Counted from the stretch's first letter, positions 53,427 through 62,306 are shown. The stretch: DNA of 64,000 bases from an uncultured Acidimicrobiaceae bacterium (GCA_913041415.1 CAJWHS010000005.1:218-64217); one strand, 5' to 3'. Translations and numbers: made by a program. Notes: generated by a model from the letters alone, not told the origin.

Positions 53427-53655
53427 ATGAACACTTCACTTGATGCCCAGACCGCAACCGCAGAGGTCTCCGTCGTCGACGGGTATATCCCGATCATCGA
53501 CATCGGCGCATCTCGATCCGTTCTTCCACATGCCGAATTGGTCGGTGGAGGTGGCCTGTCTGGAGCCATACCTGGAGGCCGGTGAGGCGCCGCGCCACCA
53601 GCCGGTGACCTCGGGGGGCTATCTGCTTGAGAAGATCCGAACCGCCTACGACCGA
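53427..53655 (+). pseudogene. remnant of a 2OG-Fe(II) oxygenase (IPNS-like) gene: N-terminal and C-terminal ends only
   Basis: Frame A reads MNTSLDAQTATAEVSVVDGYIPIIDIGA (N-terminal IPVIDL-type motif). After a frame change at about 53510, frame B reads LDPFFHMPNWSVEVACLEPYLEAGEAPRHQPVTSGGYLLEKIRTAY, the typical C-terminal tail of the family. The ~250-aa catalytic core is missing. Confidence 0.4.
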
Positions 53656-53658
53656 CTT

Positions 53659-54645
53659 TCAGCCCAAGCTGTCGACAAAGGTTTGCAGCGCCGCGTTGAC
53701 CGCCTCGGGCGCTTCTTGTTGGACCCAGTGGCCAGCGCCGTCGACGATCGTTGTGCCTCGGTACTCGGCCAGGAACTCACCGGCCATCTCGAAGATGTCA
53801 AACCCAGCGGCGAAGCCGCGCACCGGATCGAACTCGCCACCGATGAAGGTCGCCGGTTGCGCGAGGTGAGGACCGGGGTCGGTTACACCACCGAGTTGCT
53901 CGCCGTCGAGTGCCTGGGCCCGATACCGGTTAATCAGGCCGTGCCACCCGTTGCGGTCGATGCCATCGGCATACACCTGAAGATCCTCAGGTGAGCACCA
54001 GGCGGGGAATGGATCGGGGTCAACCAGACCGTCGAGCATGACCGAACCGTGGGGTTTCTCGACCGTCATCCCGGGTTCGCTCGCTCGGTGGGCGTCGCCT
54101 GAGGCCGAGTAGTAGATCATCCGGATGCTGCGCAGGGTTTCGGCGCCCAGTTCGGCCTCGGCGAGGTTGGGCTCCTGGAAGTACACCATGTAGAAGAACT
54201 TCCCCTGGTCAGTGAAGAGTGCCCGCCAGAGGTCGATCGGGTCGCCCGGGGTGACCGGGCGGTAGGGGACGCTTAGGCCAGCGACGGCGCAGACCTTGTC
54301 CGCATAGAAGCGGGCGGTGTTCCAGGCGATCGGGGCACCCCAGTCATGGCCGAACACGATCGCGGTGCCATCACCGAGCTCATCGATCACTGCGGCGACG
54401 TCGCTCGTGAGTTCTCGCAGCGAGTAGGCCTCAATCTCTCGCGGCGCCGATGAGCCGCCGTACCCCCGGACGTTCATCGCCGCCACCGTGTACCCCTGCT
54501 CAGCGAAGTGAACCATCTGATGACGCCACGACCACCAGAGCTCGGGCCAGCCGTGGATGCAAAGGATCAGGGGTCCGGTGCCGGTCACCGCGACCTCAAT
54601 CTCGATGTCGCCGTTGGCGACCGTGGTGAGGGTTGGGGAGATCAT
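53659..54645 (-). CDS. alpha/beta hydrolase, epoxide-hydrolase-like
   Basis: 328-aa ORF with HGWPELWWSW, the nucleophile block FGHDWGA, and a C-terminal GHWVQQE His motif. Confidence 0.88.
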   Translation of the reverse strand: MISPTLTTVANGDIEIEVAVTGTGPLILCIHGWPELWWSWRHQMVHFAEQGYTVAAMNVRGYGGSSAPREIEAYSLRELTSDVAAVIDELGDGTAIVFGHDWGAPIAWNTARFYADKVCAVAGLSVPYRPVTPGDPIDLWRALFTDQGKFFYMVYFQEPNLAEAELGAETLRSIRMIYYSASGDAHRASEPGMTVEKPHGSVMLDGLVDPDPFPAWCSPEDLQVYADGIDRNGWHGLINRYRAQALDGEQLGGVTDPGPHLAQPATFIGGEFDPVRGFAAGFDIFEMAGEFLAEYRGTTIVDGAGHWVQQEAPEAVNAALQTFVDSLG

Positions 54646-54704
54646 GGGGATATTCTGCCCGGCTGCTCACTGGTGGTCCACCAGTCGAGATCTCCCTTGC
54701 AATA

Positions 54705-54718
54705 CGAACATATGTTCG
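54705..54718. promoter_or_regulatory. LexA SOS box upstream of dnaE2
   Basis: CGAACATATGTTCG is identical to the box at 49613-49626. It is flanked by TTGCAA (54697-54702) and TAATGT (54721-54726). The dnaE2 ATG is at 54733. Confidence 0.8.
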
Positions 54719-54732
54719 TCTAATGTGCCTGG

Positions 54733-57700
54733 ATGGGTTTCAACAATCCCGACATCTCGTGGGGCGAACTCGAACGCCGCCTGTCCGGCCGCCCCCACGA
54801 CGGGCGCCTCGTCGATTCGCTTGCCGGCGACGGCAGTGACAGCCCGGCCTGGTCGCGCAAACGGGCGCCCTACGTCGCTCCCGACACCGGTTGTCTCGCC
54901 GGGCGGGTGGCCTACGCCGAACTGCACTGCCACTCGAACTTCTCGTTCCTCGACGGGGCGTCACACCCCGAGGAGTTGGCCGAGGAGGCCGCCCGGCTCG
55001 GTCTGGGAGCCCTTGCCCTGACCGACCACAACGGCTTCTACGGCGTGGTGCGGTTCGCCGAGGCGGCCAGAGCGGTCGATCTGCCCACGATCTTCGGAGC
55101 CGAGCTCACCCTGGCCGCGCCGGGTCGTGCGCTCGAACGACCCGGTCCGGCCGACCCTGCCGGGCGCCACCTCGTCATCCTCGCCCGCAATCCCCGCGGC
55201 TACGCCCTGCTTGGTCGAGCGATCAGCGAAGGCCAACTGGCAGGGGAGAAGGGGGCGCCCCGGATCCCTTACGAACGGCTTGTCGAACTCGGCGGGCAGG
55301 GCACTGGCGATCACTGGGCGGTGCTCACTGCTTGCCGCAAGGGCCCGGTGCCGGCCGCGCTGATGAACGACGGGCCGGCGGCCGCCCGGCATGAACTTGC
55401 GCGCTTGGTGAGTGATTTCGGGCGGTCCAACGTGTTCGTCGAGCTGTGGGATCACGGACTGCCGATGGACTCGGTGCGCAACGACGCCATGGCCGACCTG
55501 GCGGTGCAGATCGGGGTTGACATCATCGCCACCGGCAATGTCCACCACCACTCGGTCGCCCGGAAGCGGCTGGCGTCGGCGATGGCGGCGGTTCGGGCCC
55601 GCCGCAGGCTCGACGAGATCGACGGTTGGCTGCCACCCGCCGGCATGCACTTGCGTTCGGGCGAAGAGCAGGCATCCCGGTTCCGACGCTATCCGGGTGT
55701 GGTGCAGCGAGCATACGAGCTCGGGATGGACTGTGCGTTCGACCTCTCCCTGGTCGCTCCGAACCTGCCGCCGTACCCGTGTCCCGACGGTCTTGATGAG
55801 ATGGGGTACCTCCGTCGGCTGGTTGAGGAGGGCGGTACCCGTCGCTATGGGCCCCGCAGTGCTGAACGGGTCGAGGGAGCCTGGGCGCAACTCGACCGTG
55901 AACTCGGCCTTATCGACGAACTCGGTTTCCCCGGTTATTTCCTTGTCGTGTGGGACATTGTCGACTTCTGTCGGCGGGCTGAGATCCTGTGCCAGGGCCG
56001 GGGTTCGGCAGCGAACTCGGCGGTCTGTTTCGCCCTCGGCATCACCAACGCCGATGCGGTGTCGCTCGGGCTGTTGTTCGAGCGGTTTCTCTCGCCCGAG
56101 CGTGATGGTCCCCCCGACATCGACATCGACATCGAGTCCGACCGTCGTGAGGAAGTCATCCAGTACGTGTACGACCGACACGGCCGTCACCACACCGCCC
56201 AGGTCGCCAACGTCATCACCTATCGGTCGAAGTCGGCGATTCGCGACATGGCCAAGGCGCTCGGGTATGCCCAAGGTCAACAAGATGCCTTCTCCACGCA
56301 GGTTGACCGGTGGCGCGATGTGTTGTCGGGGGTGATCGAGGACGACGCCGCCATCCCGTTGCCGGTGGTCGAGTTGGCGGCCGAAATCGAACACTTCCCT
56401 CGGCATCTCGGTATTCACTCCGGCGGCATGGTCATGTGCGACCGGCCGGTGATCGAGGTGTGCCCGGTCGAGTGGGGACGCATGGAAGACCGCAGCGTCC
56501 TGCAGTGGGACAAGGACGACTGCGCGGCTGCCGGCCTGGTGAAGTTCGATCTCCTCGGCCTCGGCATGTTGTCGGTACTGCACTACGCCACCGATCTCAT
56601 CGCCGAACATCACAGGATTGAGGTCGATCTCGCCACTCTGCCGCAGGAGTCGTGCGTCTACGACATGTTGCAGAAGGCCGACTCGATCGGCGTTTTCCAG
56701 ATCGAGTCCCGAGCCCAGATGGCCACCCTGCCCCGGCTCAAACCCCGCACGTTCTACGACCTCGTCGTTGAGGTTGCCTTGATCCGGCCGGGCCCGATCC
56801 AGGGCGGCTCGGTGCATCCCTATATCCGCCGTCGAAACGGCCTCGAACCCGTCACTTACCTCCATCCGTTGCTCGAGAACGCTCTGGCCAAGACCCTCGG
56901 CGTGCCGCTCTTCCAGGAGCAGTTGATGCAGATCGCAATCGACGTCGCGAACTTCACCCCGGCTGACGCCGACATGCTGCGTCAGGCAATGAGTTCCAAG
57001 CGCAGCCGCGAGCGCATGGGCGACCTCAAGGCCCGGTTCTTCGATGGGATGCGGACCAACGGCATCACCGACGACATCGGCGAGCAGATCTGGCTGAAAC
57101 TCGCTGCCTTCTCCAATTACGGCTTCCCCGAGAGCCACTCGGTGTCGTTCTCCTATCTCGTCTACGCGTCGTCGTGGATCAAGTACCACTATCCGGCAGC
57201 GTTCTGTGCCGCACTGTTGAAGGCCCAGCCGATGGGGTTCTGGTCGCCGCACACACTGGTCGGCGATGCCCGTCGCCACGGGGTGGTGGTGCGCACCCCC
57301 GACCTCAACCTGTCGGCTGCCACGGCCACGTTGGAGCCGTGTGAGGGCAGCACTGGTGCGGTGAGTGTGCGGCTGGGGTTCGACTACGTGCGTGGTATCG
57401 GGCTCGATCTGGCCGAAGAGATCGACGCCAGCCGACCGTTCGCCTCCGTTGAGGATCTCCGCCGTCGGGTGCCGTCGTTGTCGCTCGCTCGTCTCGAGGC
57501 GCTCGCCACCGCCGGAGCGTTCGGGTGCTTCGGCATCGACCGTCGCTCGGCGTTGTGGGCAGCCGGAGCGATGTCGCAGACCTCGGCCGACCGTCTTCCG
57601 GGCATCGTCACCGGCGTCGAGGCGCCCTCGCTGCCTGGCATGTCACCCCAGGAGTTGTCGCACGCCGACTTGTGGGCCACCGGCGTCGCCCCCGATGGCC

Positions 57701-58053
57701 ATCCCACCTCGTTCATCCGGGATGACCTCACCAAGCGGGGTGTGGTCACCGCCACCGACTTGGCCGATGTGGCGTCAGGGGAGCGGGTGCTCGTCGGTGG
57801 GGTCGTCACTCATCGTCAGCGGCCGGCCACCGCCCAGGGCACGACCTTCCTCAACCTCGAGGATGAGACCGGTCTGGTCAACGTCGTTGTCTCCAAGGGC
57901 TGTTGGCAGCGCCACAAACAGATCGCCAAGGGGGCACCGGCATTGTTGATCCGAGGTCGGCTCGAGAAAGAGGAGGGCGTGGTCAACGTCGTCGCCGACA
58001 AGCTCGAACCCCTGCCGATCGGCGCTGCGCCGGCGTCACGTGACTTCCGCTGA
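54733..58053 (+). CDS. dnaE2: error-prone DNA polymerase III alpha-type subunit DnaE2 (ImuC)
   Basis: 1106-aa ORF with PHP domain YAELHCHSNFSFLDGAS, a Pol III alpha core, and a C-terminal OB fold. It has the DnaE2-type length and lies in an SOS-box context near imuA'-imuB. Confidence 0.96.
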   Translation: MGFNNPDISWGELERRLSGRPHDGRLVDSLAGDGSDSPAWSRKRAPYVAPDTGCLAGRVAYAELHCHSNFSFLDGASHPEELAEEAARLGLGALALTDHNGFYGVVRFAEAARAVDLPTIFGAELTLAAPGRALERPGPADPAGRHLVILARNPRGYALLGRAISEGQLAGEKGAPRIPYERLVELGGQGTGDHWAVLTACRKGPVPAALMNDGPAAARHELARLVSDFGRSNVFVELWDHGLPMDSVRNDAMADLAVQIGVDIIATGNVHHHSVARKRLASAMAAVRARRRLDEIDGWLPPAGMHLRSGEEQASRFRRYPGVVQRAYELGMDCAFDLSLVAPNLPPYPCPDGLDEMGYLRRLVEEGGTRRYGPRSAERVEGAWAQLDRELGLIDELGFPGYFLVVWDIVDFCRRAEILCQGRGSAANSAVCFALGITNADAVSLGLLFERFLSPERDGPPDIDIDIESDRREEVIQYVYDRHGRHHTAQVANVITYRSKSAIRDMAKALGYAQGQQDAFSTQVDRWRDVLSGVIEDDAAIPLPVVELAAEIEHFPRHLGIHSGGMVMCDRPVIEVCPVEWGRMEDRSVLQWDKDDCAAAGLVKFDLLGLGMLSVLHYATDLIAEHHRIEVDLATLPQESCVYDMLQKADSIGVFQIESRAQMATLPRLKPRTFYDLVVEVALIRPGPIQGGSVHPYIRRRNGLEPVTYLHPLLENALAKTLGVPLFQEQLMQIAIDVANFTPADADMLRQAMSSKRSRERMGDLKARFFDGMRTNGITDDIGEQIWLKLAAFSNYGFPESHSVSFSYLVYASSWIKYHYPAAFCAALLKAQPMGFWSPHTLVGDARRHGVVVRTPDLNLSAATATLEPCEGSTGAVSVRLGFDYVRGIGLDLAEEIDASRPFASVEDLRRRVPSLSLARLEALATAGAFGCFGIDRRSALWAAGAMSQTSADRLPGIVTGVEAPSLPGMSPQELSHADLWATGVAPDGHPTSFIRDDLTKRGVVTATDLADVASGERVLVGGVVTHRQRPATAQGTTFLNLEDETGLVNVVVSKGCWQRHKQIAKGAPALLIRGRLEKEEGVVNVVADKLEPLPIGAAPASRDFR

Positions 58054-58163
58054 TCACTAGCGGCTGATCGCCTCGGCCTTGGCCATCACGCGGCGTGACG
58101 ACATGCTCGCCCGGGCTGGGGTTGTTGACCTACGGTCGAGCTCCAGCGCTCGAGGAGGCCCCG

Positions 58164-59099
58164 TTGAAGACCCGAATCACGGAAATGCTCGGAATCGAGA
58201 TCCCGATCGTGCAGGCGCCGATGGGGTGGATCGCCCGAAGTCCGCTCGCGTCGGCCGTCTCCAATGCCGGTGGGCTCGGAATTATCGAGACCTCATCGGG
58301 CGATCTCGACACCATTAAGGGCGAGATCGCTGCGATGCGCACACTCACCGACAAACCGTTCGGTGTGAACCTCGCCCAGATGTTCATTCGCGACCTGCCC
58401 GGCATGGTTGACTTCGTCACCCAGAACGAGATCTCGTTCGTGACAACCTCAGCCGGCGATCCGTCGGCACTCGCACCGCAGTTGAAGGATCTGGGCATCA
58501 CGGTTTTCCACGTCGTGCCGACGCTCCGGGGCGCGGAGAAGGCGATCGCCGCAGGGGTCGACGGGCTGGTTGTCGAAGGTGCGGAAGGCGGAGGCTTCAA
58601 GAATGCCGACGGTGCATCTACCCTCGTGCTGGTGCCCGAGATCGCCAAGCGTTTCGACGTGCCGATCATCGCCGCAGGTGGCATTGTCGACGGCCCCTCG
58701 ATGGCGGCGGCCCTGGCCATGGGGGCCGACGGGGTCCAGATGGGTACCCGCATGGTGGCGTCCGCCGAGTCGCCGATCCACGACAACTGGAAACAGTCGA
58801 TCGTGAATGGGTCCGAGGCCGACACGGTGATGGTCAACCGCCATCACCGACCGGCGATGCGGGTCTTCGCCTCGGACAAGGCCAAGGCTCTCGAGACGGC
58901 GAACGAGCAGGCTGCCCTCGACATCGACGCCATGATGGGCACCTACTTCGGCGGCGACATGGAGAGTGGCTTCGCGATGACCGGCCAGGTTCAAGGCCGA
59001 ATCGATGCCGTCCGTCCGGTCGCCGATGTGCTCCGCGAAGCGTGGGACGACTGTCAGTCGGTGTTGCGGGCGCTCGGCGCGGCCGCCGCTGAAGGCTGA
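58164..59099 (+). CDS. nitronate monooxygenase (NMO, FMN-dependent)
   Basis: I chose the TTG at 58164, 5 nt after GAGGAGG, in ORF 58095..59099. It has LGIEIPIVQAPMG, VVEGAEGGG and AAGGIVDG. Confidence 0.88.
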   Translation: MKTRITEMLGIEIPIVQAPMGWIARSPLASAVSNAGGLGIIETSSGDLDTIKGEIAAMRTLTDKPFGVNLAQMFIRDLPGMVDFVTQNEISFVTTSAGDPSALAPQLKDLGITVFHVVPTLRGAEKAIAAGVDGLVVEGAEGGGFKNADGASTLVLVPEIAKRFDVPIIAAGGIVDGPSMAAALAMGADGVQMGTRMVASAESPIHDNWKQSIVNGSEADTVMVNRHHRPAMRVFASDKAKALETANEQAALDIDAMMGTYFGGDMESGFAMTGQVQGRIDAVRPVADVLREAWDDCQSVLRALGAAAAEG

Positions 59100-59164
59100 G
59101 TCTCCGCCTAGCGCCATCGCGCGAACCCGCCGAACTCCAGCTCAATATCGAACCTGGCTTCACC

Positions 59165-59359
59165 GTGCTCGCCATTCGTCGCGGTGGTGGGTACCGTTAC
59201 CGCCCGGGCGGCCGGGTACGGCTGCTGGCTGGCGATGAGGTCATTGCGAGTGACCCCGATGAAGGACGCGAATTCCTGACCCGTCGCTTCGGCTGGGTGC
59301 TCGTCGACCCCGATGGTGACGGTGAGATGGAGCTCGCACCGGTAGCTCCTCGAGGCTGA
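59165..59359 (+). CDS. small ORF resembling the C-terminal half of a TrkA-C (RCK_C) domain; possibly a gene fragment
   Basis: The open frame from about 59102 reads ...AELQLNIEPGFTVLAIRRGGGYRYRPGGRVRLLAGDEVIASDPDEGREFLTRRFG, a TrkA_C-like pattern. There is no adjacent transporter or RCK N-domain. Confidence 0.3.
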   Translation: MLAIRRGGGYRYRPGGRVRLLAGDEVIASDPDEGREFLTRRFGWVLVDPDGDGEMELAPVAPRG

Positions 59360-59373
59360 GTATCGTCCTCTGC

Positions 59374-60246
59374 ATGACCGAGCCGCTCTGCGTCCTGACC
59401 GTGCACGCTCATCCCGACGACGAGGCGTCGAAGGGAGCCGGCACTATCGCGAAATACCAGGCCGAGGGGGTTCGTACGGTGCTGGTGTGTTGCACCGGGG
59501 GTGAGGAGGGCGACATTCTCAACCCGGCGATGGACCGTCCGGAGGTCGTCGACAACCTTCGGCAGGTCCGCCGCGAGGAACTCGACCGAGCTGCTGCGAT
59601 CATCGGCTACGACGTCGTTCACATGCTCGGCTATCGAGATTCCGGCATGCCCGAGAGCGACGCCAACTTCCACCCCGACTGCTTCGCGGTCGCCCCGCAC
59701 GACGAGGCGGTGGATCGCCTAGTCGCAATCCTTCGAACAGAACATCCCCAGGTGGTTGTCACCTATTCGGAGGATCAGGGCAACTATCAGCACCCCGACC
59801 ATCTGCGGGTGTGGGACATCACCCTCCCTGCGATCGAACGGGCTTGTGACGCCAGCTACCGTCCTGAACTCGGCGCAGCCTGGTCCGTCTCGAAGATTTA
59901 CTACACCATGTGGTCCCGGGCCCGGATCCTTGCCCGCCATCAGGCCTTTCTTGATCTCGGGCTCGAGTCGCCGTACAACGATGGCTGGTTCGAAGGTCCC
60001 GACAAGGACGACCAGATCACCACCAAGATCCCGATCGATGGCTTCACCCACGTCCGCCGTGATGGGCTGCTCGCTCACGCGACCCAGATCGACCCTGCAT
60101 CGGCGTTCTGGTTCGGGCTCCCTGAGGAGGTCGATCAGCAGATCCACCCGTTCGACGACTATCTCCTGGCAGTCGGCCCCGAGGACACCGTCATGCCCGA
60201 AGATGATCTGTTCGCAGGTCTGCGTCCGACGTCCGTGCAAACATGA
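59374..60246 (+). CDS. mca: mycothiol conjugate amidase (PIG-L/LmbE family)
   Basis: 290-aa ORF with LTVHAHPDDE, the HPDH zinc-ligand block, and the length and overall pattern of Mca rather than the shorter MshB. Confidence 0.85.
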   Translation: MTEPLCVLTVHAHPDDEASKGAGTIAKYQAEGVRTVLVCCTGGEEGDILNPAMDRPEVVDNLRQVRREELDRAAAIIGYDVVHMLGYRDSGMPESDANFHPDCFAVAPHDEAVDRLVAILRTEHPQVVVTYSEDQGNYQHPDHLRVWDITLPAIERACDASYRPELGAAWSVSKIYYTMWSRARILARHQAFLDLGLESPYNDGWFEGPDKDDQITTKIPIDGFTHVRRDGLLAHATQIDPASAFWFGLPEEVDQQIHPFDDYLLAVGPEDTVMPEDDLFAGLRPTSVQT

Positions 60247-60611
60247 GTTCCATGCTCTCGCCCGGATGGTTCGAGGCGGCCGCTCCCGTGCTCGCTGCGC
60301 TGCCGCCTGCTGGTGACACCTCGGCGACCGTGCAGTTCGCCGTGTCGTCGTCTCCCGATGGCAAGGTCACCTTCCGTGCCGTCATCGAGGTTGGGGTGAT
60401 CACCGAGTTCGCCGTCGGTAAGGGCACCAATCCCGATGTCGTGGTCTCCTGCAACTACGACGCCTTCACCGCCGTGCTCGACGGCACCACGACCGCTGAC
60501 GCTGCGTTCATGGGCGGGTCGTTCAAGGTCGAAGGCAACCACAAGGTCTGGCTGATCGACCTGCACGACGTGTGGGCAGCGGCGTGCGGCGCGCTGGCGG
60601 CGCTCGACTGA
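60243..60611 (+). CDS. SCP2 sterol-binding-domain protein
   Basis: 122-aa ORF that overlaps the mca stop (ATGA). ...AFTAVLDGTTTADAAFMGGSFKVEGN... is the typical SCP2 C-terminal pattern. Confidence 0.7.
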   Translation: MSSMLSPGWFEAAAPVLAALPPAGDTSATVQFAVSSSPDGKVTFRAVIEVGVITEFAVGKGTNPDVVVSCNYDAFTAVLDGTTTADAAFMGGSFKVEGNHKVWLIDLHDVWAAACGALAALD

Positions 60612-60612
60612 C

Positions 60613-61452
60613 TCAGCGCGCGGCGCGCTGTGCGTCGCGGAGTGCGCGATAGCCGATCAAGGTCACCCCGAGACCTTTGAGGCGACCATGCAGTTCGCGA
60701 TCGGTCAGGACAGCGAGATCGTCGAAGCGGCCTGCGGCGGCCGGGTCGATCGCTCGGATTTCCTCGGCGGCGAGCGCTGGCGCAAAGGCGACTTCGGTGA
60801 TGCCGGGGGCGAACTCGGCCAGCGCAGCCTCGAGATGGGCTCGAGTGCCGCCCCGAACGAGCCGGAAGTGATCTGGCATCGACACGCCCTCTTCGGCGGT
60901 GAGGCGGCGGAATGGAAAGCCGGCGGCGGTTTCGGCGTCGCCGGACTCGAGTCGGATCGGGAGCTCGGCCTCGACGGCGATATCGAGCAGGACGTCGAAG
61001 AACTCGGGCCGTTGCTGCATCGCCAAGAGGTGGGTGGTGAGGTGGGTTGGTTCGACCCCCCAACTGATCGCCCGCTCGACTTGGGCCCGGCACTCGCGAC
61101 GGACCTCGTCGATGTCGGCGTGGTCCCAGAGATCTTCGGGGGTGCGGGGGAACCCGCCGTCGCCATCGAGAAGGCTTGGAGCGTGGGTAAGCGGTGCCCA
61201 ACGAAAGGTATCGAGCTCGGCGTTGAGGGTCAGATGGATTCCCACGTCCAGCTCGCCGGCATTGGTCAGGTGGTCGGCAGCGTGGCGAGCCCATGCCCCG
61301 GGCATCATCAGCGTCGCTGTCGTCGCACAGCCGTCGCGGAGGGCGCTGAGGCCCGCTGCTGTCGCCGCGTGCGTCGACCCCATGAGGTCGGCGGACAGGA
61401 TCAGGAGCCGGTCGTCGTCGCTGTGGCCGAGTGCTCGTGCGAGTGAGGTCAC
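60613..61452 (-). CDS. ChbG/HpnK (YdjC) family carbohydrate deacetylase
   Basis: 279-aa ORF with a YdjC-like N-terminus LLILSADLMGSTHAATAAGLSALRDGCATTATLMMPG and a conserved HLTxH-type block THLTTHL. Confidence 0.75.
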   Translation of the reverse strand: MTSLARALGHSDDDRLLILSADLMGSTHAATAAGLSALRDGCATTATLMMPGAWARHAADHLTNAGELDVGIHLTLNAELDTFRWAPLTHAPSLLDGDGGFPRTPEDLWDHADIDEVRRECRAQVERAISWGVEPTHLTTHLLAMQQRPEFFDVLLDIAVEAELPIRLESGDAETAAGFPFRRLTAEEGVSMPDHFRLVRGGTRAHLEAALAEFAPGITEVAFAPALAAEEIRAIDPAAAGRFDDLAVLTDRELHGRLKGLGVTLIGYRALRDAQRAAR

Positions 61453-61461
61453 GGTGCGACG

Positions 61462-62001
61462 TTAACCGAGGGGCACATCAGGGCCACCGCATACGCCCCG
61501 CAGGTCGATACCGGCCCGTAAGGCATCATTCTCAGCGTCCTCGAAGAGCTCGCGGTAAAAGCTGTTGGGTTCGTAGATCATCACGCCGGCGTATCCCCAC
61601 TCGAGCAGATCGAGGTTGACGAAGAGCTGGTCGGAGCTGCGAACGACGTAGGCGAGGAGTCGGTCGAACTGATCTCGGCTCTCGATGTCGCGGATCAGGG
61701 CGACCTCGGTTCCCTTCGGCAGGAGCGACGCAAGGTACGTGGCGGATTCCCAGCCGAAGCATCGCTCGGGACGGTTCGCGGCTACGGACTCGGGCGTGTC
61801 GATTCCGAGGAGACGCATCCGCTCGCGGTTGCCGATGATATCGACCACGATCGTGTAGCCGTCGACCACTCGCTCGACGATGGCGTTCGGCTCTCCATGC
61901 TCTTAGTTGGGAACGGTGGCGACGGAAGCGACGCCGACCGTGTCGGCGCTGCAGGCGGCAGCGAGCAACGACAACACAGTCACGGCCAGAAGACGACGCA
62001 T
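61462..62001 (-). pseudogene. thermonuclease (SNase-like) lipoprotein gene with an in-frame TAA between the signal peptide and the nuclease domain
   Basis: ATG 62001 opens MRRLLAVTVLSLLAAAC (lipobox) SADTVGVASVATVPN, followed by TAA at 61903-61905. The same frame continues EHGEPNAIVERVVDGYTIVVDIIGNRERMRLLGIDTPES... to the stop at 61462. The tracked ORF 61462..61869 is the domain only. Confidence 0.65.
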
Positions 62002-62037
62002 GACACCAGTGTGGGGCCTGGGCCCTGAACGGCGACG

Positions 62038-62256
62038 TCAGGCAGCGTCGGCCAGGGGGAGGGTGGGCTGCTCGGCAGGCGGAGCGGCCAGTTCGGTGAG
62101 CTCGGGGGTGGCTTCGGTGGACGCATCGGCCCGCTTGGCTTCGATGGAACGTAGGACGGCACGAGCGTTGGCGACGCCCTGCAGCCCCTGAGCCCGAGTG
62201 GCCTGATCCAGACGCCAAGCGGGGCGGGAATCGATGAGGAGGAGCTGGTTGGTCAT
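62038..62256 (-). CDS. hypothetical small protein
   Basis: 72-aa ORF with coding-like GC3, 36 nt upstream of the nuclease signal-peptide ATG. No recognised motif. Confidence 0.4.
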   Translation of the reverse strand: MTNQLLLIDSRPAWRLDQATRAQGLQGVANARAVLRSIEAKRADASTEATPELTELAAPPAEQPTLPLADAA

Positions 62257-62306
62257 GGGTCCATCTTGCCGAGGGGGTGTGACACTGTCGGCTGCGAGGT
62301 GTCAGG

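Noticed and set aside
53440-53994. Tracked 184-aa plus-strand ORF.
   Set aside because: Only its first ~70 codons look like protein (the C-terminal tail of the decayed 2OG oxygenase). The rest is antisense to the well-supported epoxide-hydrolase-like gene 53659-54645.
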